Under the pieces are notes generated by a model that did no database searches, was not told the origin of the DNA, and worked only from the letters and a program-made list of their open reading frames with translations. From Patescibacteria group bacterium (GTDB taxonomy: Bacteria; Patescibacteriota; Patescibacteriia; UM-FILTER-42-10), in contig JBAYGC010000002.1 of assembly GCA_041666845.1 (NCBI GenBank), positions 12,499-76,498 on the forward strand: a stretch of DNA of 64,000 nucleotides, in the 5' to 3' direction. This document shows positions 57,891-64,000 of this stretch, in pieces. The position numbers and the translations under genes are program-made. Every line of letters starts with the position of its first letter. Positions within the stretch are counted from its first letter, which is position 1.

Positions 57891-58811
57891 CTATATTTTC
57901 TTTGGAAATATTATAGAAAGAATAATCGAGGAAAATAGCGCAAGCATAATGATGCCAAATGAAATCAAAGATGATATATTTAGACCGAATATCCCGGAAA
58001 GCATTTTTAATCCGATAAATAAAAGGATAAAAGCAAGACCTTTCTGTAAATGATGGAATCGATGCAGAACGCTTTCTATTAAAAAAAATAATGCCCTTAA
58101 CCCCAGGATTGCAAAAATATTGGAAGTGAATACAATAAAAAAATTCTGCGAGATGGCAAAGACAGCTGGAATAGAGTCGACAGCAAAAAGAATATCGGTC
58201 GCTTCTACTAAAATCATGATCATGAACAGTGACGTAAACATAAACTTGCCATGTTCACGGAAGAAGAATTTTCCATTATGATGATTCGCGGTAAAAGGAA
58301 GATATTTGCGGGCAATTTTAATTACCCGGTTATCATTGAAATCAACATGCTCTTCTTTCTTATCACGTAGAAGTTTGATGCCGGTATATAGAAGAACAGC
58401 ACCGAAAATATATAATACCCAGTGAAATTGATGAATAATATAAGCTCCGACACCAATAAATACTCCTCTGAAAACAATCGCTCCCATGATGCCCCAGAAA
58501 AGAACCCTATGGTGGAATTTTTCCTCCAGCTTAAAATAGCTGAAAATAAGCATGATCACAAAGAGATTGTCTACAGATAACATCTTTTCCGTGACGTACG
58601 CACTCATGAATTGTGCGGCCAATTCATGATCCATGTATGTATAGATCAATAAACCAAAAAGTACGGAAATCGCGATCCAAAATATTGACTGATACAATGC
58701 CGGTCTAAATTCTATTTTGTGGCTTTTTCGGTTAAAAAAACCCAGGTCAATAATTAAAAACAAAGTAACAACCACCCCAAATAGAATAAACAATTTTGTC
58801 TGAATATCCAT
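57891..58811 (-). CDS. TerC family integral membrane protein
   Basis: SVDNLFV motif and about 9 TM helices. Confidence 0.8.
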   Translation of the reverse strand: MDIQTKLFILFGVVVTLFLIIDLGFFNRKSHKIEFRPALYQSIFWIAISVLFGLLIYTYMDHELAAQFMSAYVTEKMLSVDNLFVIMLIFSYFKLEEKFHHRVLFWGIMGAIVFRGVFIGVGAYIIHQFHWVLYIFGAVLLYTGIKLLRDKKEEHVDFNDNRVIKIARKYLPFTANHHNGKFFFREHGKFMFTSLFMIMILVEATDILFAVDSIPAVFAISQNFFIVFTSNIFAILGLRALFFLIESVLHRFHHLQKGLAFILLFIGLKMLSGIFGLNISSLISFGIIMLALFSSIILSIIFPKKI

Positions 58812-58837
58812 ATAAATTGATTATATTTTTACAAAAT

Positions 58838-58866
58838 TAATTCATAAAAAACCGGCTTTAAAACCG
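58838..58866 (-). terminator. Intrinsic terminator downstream of the zinc-ribbon gene
   Basis: AACCGG-(8 nt)-CCGGTT hairpin with a flanking T6 on the minus strand. Confidence 0.45.
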
Positions 58867-59007
58867 GTTATAATTAATGCTAGTTCATTGATCCAAAGCA
58901 CCCTCCACGGAAGGACTTTCTGCTTTTTCACTCCCCAGCACTCAAGGTATTGTAATAATACCAAATATATTCTGAAAATACAAGCCAAATCAAAACTTCC
59001 AAAACAC

Positions 59008-59643
59008 CTATTTTTTCTTATTTGTTTTTGGCTTTACTTTAACCGCCTTAACGACCTTCTTTTTTATTTCCGCTTTTACTGTTATTTTTTTCTTCACTTC
59101 CGGCTTGGTAACGGTTTTCACTTTTTCCTGTGCAACTTTCGGTTCTGTTGCTGATAACTGTCTTAATATTTTATCCAGTTTTTCATTAATCGTTTTCAAC
59201 TGACCGTCAAATCTTCCGCTGTTCACATCACTTGGTTTTCGATCAGTGCTTCTCGGATCCTTGCCAAAACAGCTGGAACATAGCACTGGCTTATCACCCG
59301 TTGGCCGGAATGGCACTTCACAGCTCTGTCCGCACTTGGAGCAAGTAGCGCTGAACATTTTCTTCTCATAAAAATTCGGTTTACTAAAATCTCTGCCAAA
59401 AGAACGATTAGAACTTGATTTATCCTTTCCTTTGAAGCAATTACTGCAGTAAACAGGTTTATTTCCTGTCGGTTTAAACGGGACCTCGCAACTCTGACCG
59501 CATTCCGAGCAGACCGCTTTATGCATTACATGATGATCCGAGTCGCCTCCCCGATTATACCCACCGCTCATTGATTCCCTGCGGTCAAAACTGGGTCCGT
59601 TTTTTCGGTCAAATGACTTGCCACTTCTGTTAAAATTTTTCAT
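59008..59643 (-). CDS. Tandem zinc-ribbon (zf-trcl-like CxxCG...EVPF...PVYCxxC) protein with Lys-rich C-terminal tail
   Basis: Two copies of CS(E/K)CGQSCEVPF(K/R)PTG(N/D)KPV(Y/L)CS(N/S)CF, followed by a 60-aa K/V/E-rich tail. Confidence 0.5.
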   Translation of the reverse strand: MKNFNRSGKSFDRKNGPSFDRRESMSGGYNRGGDSDHHVMHKAVCSECGQSCEVPFKPTGNKPVYCSNCFKGKDKSSSNRSFGRDFSKPNFYEKKMFSATCSKCGQSCEVPFRPTGDKPVLCSSCFGKDPRSTDRKPSDVNSGRFDGQLKTINEKLDKILRQLSATEPKVAQEKVKTVTKPEVKKKITVKAEIKKKVVKAVKVKPKTNKKK

Positions 59644-59709
59644 AGGATTTTTATAATAATTAATGCTGGTTAAGTCTAGCTGTTTAAGCCGTAAATAGCA
59701 AGCTTTTCA

Positions 59710-59738
59710 TTAACAATTTTTCATTTTTGTGCTATAAT
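59710..59738 (+). promoter_or_regulatory. Sigma70 promoter (TTAACA-17-TATAAT) of the second MacB-type ABC operon
   Basis: Consensus -10 TATAAT at 59733-59738. This argues for ATG 59760 rather than the track start 59727. Confidence 0.45.
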
Positions 59739-59759
59739 CAATATAATTACGGAATTAGC

Positions 59760-60431
59760 ATGGGTCAGAAATCAATTATCTCGATTAAGAATATCGAGAA
59801 AACATATAACCTTGGCGAAATCAAGGTCAAAGCACTAAGAAAAATCTCCTTAGACATTCAAGAAGGAGAATTTTTGATTATTACCGGCAGAAACGGATCA
59901 GGAAAGTCAACTCTACTCCGTCAGATTGGCCTCTTGGACTGGCCGAACCGCGGGCAAATATATCTGGATGGAGATGAAGTTACCCATTTGAAAGAAAAAC
60001 ATCGTAGAGAAATCCGCCATAAAAAGATCGGCTATATTTTTCAGGAATACGCACTGATTCCGGAATTAAACGCGATTGAAAACGTCATGCTGCCAGCTAT
60101 GCTGATTGAACCGACAAAAGTTTGCAGACCGAGAGCAATTGATTTACTGAAAAAAGTTGGTCTGGAAAATCGGCTTAAGCACCAGCCAAAACAGATGTCC
60201 GGTGGTGAACAGCAGAAAGTTGCGATTGCCCGGGCGCTGATCAACAATCCGAAAATCCTTTTTGCTGACGAGCCGACCGCCAATCTTGATTCTATAGCCG
60301 CCGGCGGAATTCTGGAAATATTCGAACGTTTGCACACCGAAGGTCATACGATAGTAATGATTTCTCACGAACAGGATGAAAAAAGCTACGCCAGCAGAAT
60401 CATTGAATTAAGAGACGGGGTTTTATTATGA
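59760..60431 (+). CDS. ABC transporter ATP-binding protein (MacB/LolD-like)
   Basis: Walker A GRNGSGKST, signature MSGGEQQKVAIARAL, and Walker B LFADEPTANLD. Confidence 0.85.
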   Translation: MGQKSIISIKNIEKTYNLGEIKVKALRKISLDIQEGEFLIITGRNGSGKSTLLRQIGLLDWPNRGQIYLDGDEVTHLKEKHRREIRHKKIGYIFQEYALIPELNAIENVMLPAMLIEPTKVCRPRAIDLLKKVGLENRLKHQPKQMSGGEQQKVAIARALINNPKILFADEPTANLDSIAAGGILEIFERLHTEGHTIVMISHEQDEKSYASRIIELRDGVLL

Positions 60432-61627
60432 AATACGAACTGAAAATTCCATTTTTTCTTGCATTCCGCCAGATTACCCGTGGCAGTAAGTGGACTTTCT
60501 TTCTGATTATTTTTTTAATGGCGGCGGCGTTTATCAATCTGGTCTTTGTCTCCTCGCTTTTTAAAGGAATCATTAAGGGATCAAATGAACAGGTAATTAA
60601 TATGTACTCCGGGCACATCATGATCAAACCGAACAGCGGAAAAGACGTTTTTGAAAACCGAAACAATGTAATTGAAAAAATTGGACAAATCCCAGGAGTC
60701 GAATCAGTAACCACACAGTTTGAAATTGGAGCAAATCTTGCCTTTAATGAAAAAAACGGTAATTGGATTGTTAATGCGGTTAATCCAGAACAAGAAATAA
60801 AAGTCACAAAAATTTTTGACAATATGATTGCCGGAGAATATTTAAAGTCCGACGATCAGAATGGAATCATTATCGGCAAACAGATTGCCGGCGGTGATGT
60901 TGCAGAACTGGACGCCTTCTCCCTGCATGCGGAAGTCGGTGATGTCATAAAAGCAAATATTAACGGGATCGAAAAAGAGTTCGTAGTAAGGGGGATATTC
61001 AATTCCAAATACATGACCGTAGACAATACTGCATTTATCACATATGCAGGATTGGATTCGATTTTTCCCTCGTTTGTTGATCAGGCGAATACCGCTTTAG
61101 TCCGGCTAAATGAGGCGGGTGATGAGCAAGCGGTAATTGAAGCCATAAAAGAAAGCGGGATCCACGGGACATATTACACCTGGGAGGACGCGGCCGGGAT
61201 AATGAATTCAGTAACAACCAGTTTTCTGTCAATTGATTTTATTTTAAGTTTAGTCGCCACGCTAATTGCAGCGGTTACAATATTTATTGTGGTATATATC
61301 GACATATCCAATAAGCGACAACAAATCGGCATACTGAGGGCAATTGGTGTGAAACCGTATATCATCCGTTCTGCGTATGTAATAATTTCATCTATATATT
61401 CTGTGATCGGCGTAGGACTTGGTGCTGCTTTGTTTTTCGGCGCAATCATGCCGTATTTTATCGCGCATCCTTTTGTATTGCCGATTGTTGATGCCACATT
61501 GGCAATTGAGCCTGCAGATTTTATTTTCCGCATGGAATCAATTATCATTGTATCAATTCTGGTCAGCCTAATCCCCTCTTTTATGGTAACCAGAATAAAA
61601 CTATTGAACGCTATCTGGGGTAAATAA
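60428..61627 (+). CDS. ABC transporter permease, FtsX/MacB type
   Basis: N-terminal TM helix, large extracytoplasmic domain, and C-terminal 3-TM FtsX domain. 4-nt overlap with the ATPase gene. Confidence 0.75.
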   Translation: MKYELKIPFFLAFRQITRGSKWTFFLIIFLMAAAFINLVFVSSLFKGIIKGSNEQVINMYSGHIMIKPNSGKDVFENRNNVIEKIGQIPGVESVTTQFEIGANLAFNEKNGNWIVNAVNPEQEIKVTKIFDNMIAGEYLKSDDQNGIIIGKQIAGGDVAELDAFSLHAEVGDVIKANINGIEKEFVVRGIFNSKYMTVDNTAFITYAGLDSIFPSFVDQANTALVRLNEAGDEQAVIEAIKESGIHGTYYTWEDAAGIMNSVTTSFLSIDFILSLVATLIAAVTIFIVVYIDISNKRQQIGILRAIGVKPYIIRSAYVIISSIYSVIGVGLGAALFFGAIMPYFIAHPFVLPIVDATLAIEPADFIFRMESIIIVSILVSLIPSFMVTRIKLLNAIWGK

Positions 61628-61658
61628 TTAATGTTACTAGAAGGGATATCTAATAATC

Positions 61659-62048
61659 ATGGAAGAACCTAAAGTAAGCCCAAAACCATTAAGGCTTTTT
61701 TACTTTTGGTCTGGCATTATCGCTACATTCGCCTACCGTGCAATAATCGTTTTGAATAATGCTATATGGATAAAAGTATTTTGGTATGTCGGCACCATTG
61801 GATTCATCATCTATTTTATTCACCGGTTCGATATTTCAAAAAAACGTTCCAAGCTGATTGTCGAACATAAATTACGGGAAAAAATGGACAGTCTGGACCA
61901 TCTGACTGATGATGATAAAAAAGCACTGCGTTATATTCTCGGCACGCTGGTTTCCTCAAAAGAGAAATGGAATAACTATGCGATCTTCATACTTTCCGGG
62001 ATCGCTTTGATTTTGGGAATTTTATTTGATTTTATTTTAAAGATATAA
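61659..62048 (+). CDS. Small membrane protein
   Basis: Three TM helices. No recognisable motif. Confidence 0.3.
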   Translation: MEEPKVSPKPLRLFYFWSGIIATFAYRAIIVLNNAIWIKVFWYVGTIGFIIYFIHRFDISKKRSKLIVEHKLREKMDSLDHLTDDDKKALRYILGTLVSSKEKWNNYAIFILSGIALILGILFDFILKI

Positions 62049-62049
62049 T

Positions 62050-62478
62050 ATGGAAATAAAACAGTTTACAGCCACTAAAGCGTTTATCCGCTATAAAAAT
62101 CAAATTCTGATTCTTCGTGAATCGGGCAAATATCAGGACGGCACCAATGAAGGATATTATGACATCCCCGGTGGAAGAGTAAAACCCGGGCAAAGATTTG
62201 ATGAAAGCTTGAGGAGGGAAATCAAAGAAGAAACCGGATTGAATATCGCAATCGGAGATCCGTTTTTTGTGAACGAATGGCGACCGGAAAAAAACGGAGA
62301 GCAATGGCAGATTGTCGGCATATTTTTTGAATGCCAAGCAGATACTGACTCGGTAATATTGAGCGAAGACCACGATAAATTTGAGTGGATTGATCCAAAG
62401 AAATACGACGAATTCAAACTTATTAATAACCTAAAACCGGCATTTGAAAGTTATAATCTGCGGCCTTCTAAAAGCTAG
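62050..62478 (+). CDS. NUDIX hydrolase
   Basis: Nudix box GGRVKPGQRFDESLRREIKEETGL. Confidence 0.75.
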   Translation: MEIKQFTATKAFIRYKNQILILRESGKYQDGTNEGYYDIPGGRVKPGQRFDESLRREIKEETGLNIAIGDPFFVNEWRPEKNGEQWQIVGIFFECQADTDSVILSEDHDKFEWIDPKKYDEFKLINNLKPAFESYNLRPSKS

Positions 62479-62554
62479 TCGATAAGTTTTAAATATCGGG
62501 GGCAGTTTATCCGCCCCTTTTTAGTTTATCAGCAATTATTTTTGTCGGATATTT

Positions 62555-63142
62555 TTATGAATATTTCTGAATCAAAAGTCTGGCCGCCTCTTTCAAAGTT
62601 TCAATGCGGTAGAATATAAACTTATTTTGAGTAGTAATCCCCCATTCCAGAATTATTTCTTTTTGTTTGATTTTTTTCTCTGCTTGCAATATCTTTCTTC
62701 TCTCAGTAGGTGATAACAGTTGTTCTTTCCCGTTCGAACCGACCAGTTTTCCATGCTGATAGAAATAGCTGGCATCGACTTTGCCGTAACGCATTAAATC
62801 TATAATTGACCCCTTAGCTGCTTCAATTACCGTGCGGTTTTTTTCTATTAAAATTGTTCCGCTTTTTTTCCAATTCCAAGACGGGTAAATCACAAATAAC
62901 GCTTTTCCTTTATGCATCTTCTGCAGTTCATCGATTTTCGCGGGAACTTGTTTTTTTGGCAACCAATTAACATAGAGATTTTTCCAGGGAGCGCCAATTA
63001 ACCTTGCTGTCCGGACAGTCCAGCCACAATAATCTTTAATTTTAAAATACTTTTTCAGATCCTTGGATGACGAAACAAATTCCCACTCCGGATGGGGAAG
63101 GCCCGCCTTGTCAATCCTGGTTAAGCCCTGATAAATATCCAT
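62555..63142 (-). CDS. Hypothetical protein
   Basis: ORF only. Confidence 0.3.
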   Translation of the reverse strand: MDIYQGLTRIDKAGLPHPEWEFVSSSKDLKKYFKIKDYCGWTVRTARLIGAPWKNLYVNWLPKKQVPAKIDELQKMHKGKALFVIYPSWNWKKSGTILIEKNRTVIEAAKGSIIDLMRYGKVDASYFYQHGKLVGSNGKEQLLSPTERRKILQAEKKIKQKEIILEWGITTQNKFIFYRIETLKEAARLLIQKYS

Positions 63143-63157
63143 GTACTATATATTTCT

Positions 63158-64000
63158 TTAATTGGCATATTTGAGATATCGTGCGTGATTAACCCACGCT
63201 TTTTCACTATCAAATTTTTCCTTAAAATCAGGATAAAGTTCTGTAATTCTTTTTTGTTTGCCTCCTACGTTGACCCGTGGATCAATCACACGTAGCTTTG
63301 TTTTTTCAATCAAAAAATCATAATCCGCTTGATTTTCAACCACCTTATCTGTTCTAAAATGCTTAAGTGCGGCCATTTGATCAATTATTCCTTTATCAAG
63401 ACAGTTTTCTAATTTCTCAATTACGCTGTCATCATCGGTTGCAAGATCTTCTTTTGTAATAATCTTTTTATCCATTGCCTGACGTAAGATGGCAGCAAGC
63501 CATAAGAAACAATAATGACCCCAATTGGGATGCCAGAAATTTTTACACATCCACAGGGAAAGATCGGCAAATTCCCTGGCTATTTCCTTATTAGTAAATA
63601 TAAACTGATTTTTTTCTATCACTAAACAATCAATAAATCTTTTTGCTTGCTGCGGAGAAATCTTATTGATTGTCACTGCATCTCCCAAAGTATACTGCAA
63701 ACGATCTGCGCAGATTTCTGGCAGTTCATTATCCGCTAATGGCCACAAGCTCAAATCCGAAATCCTGGCCGGATCAAATCCATAATTGATTAAAACCTGA
63801 TTAACCGCGGTGTCTGTGAAATATTGTTTATGTAAGTTATCCTGGTAATCCTCCAGCTCCAAACTACCATATAATCGATCCATTACGTGGGAAAATACCC
63901 CGTGCGATATGTCGTGCAGCAAACCGGCAATTTGTTCTTCCAAACTTGCTCCAAAATTGTTAAGTACCAAATAAACACCCAAAGAGTGTTCGAAGCGAGT
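63158..64000 (-). CDS. HD-domain phosphohydrolase (partial; N-terminus beyond window end)
   Basis: The reading frame continues upstream of the track Met to the window edge (…TRFEHSLGVYL), giving the first HD-domain His (RFEHSLGV). LLHDISHGVFSH provides the HD dyad. Confidence 0.7.
   Translation of the reverse strand, partial: TRFEHSLGVYLVLNNFGASLEEQIAGLLHDISHGVFSHVMDRLYGSLELEDYQDNLHKQYFTDTAVNQVLINYGFDPARISDLSLWPLADNELPEICADRLQYTLGDAVTINKISPQQAKRFIDCLVIEKNQFIFTNKEIAREFADLSLWMCKNFWHPNWGHYCFLWLAAILRQAMDKKIITKEDLATDDDSVIEKLENCLDKGIIDQMAALKHFRTDKVVENQADYDFLIEKTKLRVIDPRVNVGGKQKRITELYPDFKEKFDSEKAWVNHARYLKYAN

Noticed and set aside
1-64000. Possible alternative genetic code (UGA=Gly, code 25), as in some RuBisCO-bearing CPR lineages
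   Set aside because: Long conserved genes (gltX 486 aa, typA 585 aa, guaA 607 aa, guaB 491 aa, purH 530 aa) are intact under the standard code. Nothing points to in-frame TGA read-through, so code 11 is assumed.
1-64000. CRISPR arrays, rRNA, tRNA, tmRNA, RNase P RNA
   Set aside because: No spacer/repeat periodicity, no tRNA cloverleaf (GTTCGA-type T-loops in stem context) and no RNase P/tmRNA/SRP consensus blocks were seen in any intergenic region by eye. A computational scan (tRNAscan/Infernal) would be needed for certainty.
1-64000. Mobile-element genes (integrase, transposase, recombinase) flanking the GC-rich islands
   Set aside because: None found. Island borders lack recognisable direct or inverted terminal repeats, apart from the 13-bp inverted repeat next to purH, which is reported separately with low confidence.

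Overview
This 64-kb window is gene-dense and AT-rich (roughly 38-42% GC by eye) and holds about 80 protein-coding genes, most of them on the minus strand. The genes are short, intergenic gaps are tight, many genes overlap or appear translationally coupled, and sigma70-type promoters and intrinsic terminators are recognisable. I found no rRNA, tRNA, CRISPR array, transposase or integrase. The housekeeping set includes gltX, typA/bipA, def, fmt, mutM, HU, malQ, maf, rlmN, guaA, guaB and queG. Together with many Nudix/HAD hydrolases, secreted repeat proteins and no visible biosynthetic operons, this fits a small-genome, host-dependent bacterium of the CPR/Patescibacteria type; that lineage call is inference, not proof. 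The genetic code looks standard: long housekeeping genes are uninterrupted by TGA. The clearest system is a minus-strand operon guaA - ribose-1,5-bisphosphate isomerase (e2b2) - form III-like RuBisCO large subunit - AMP phosphorylase. It has divergent guaB and an amidohydrolase-queG pair alongside, forming a nucleotide-salvage supercluster. Superimposed on this native backbone are at least four compositionally foreign, GC-rich insertions: a 60% GC purH, a 1.2-kb island with structured non-coding DNA and two tiny Cys-rich or membrane ORFs, a 0.3-kb mini-cassette encoding a 70-aa membrane protein, and a BCCP-like protein lacking the biotinyl-lysine. Other notable items are an overlapping HEPN-like/PIN-like/membrane three-gene module, eight Nudix domains in 64 kb, a minimal SET-domain protein, a GT2 glycosyltransferase broken by a frameshift in an A5 run, and a large PA14 + FG-GAP surface protein.
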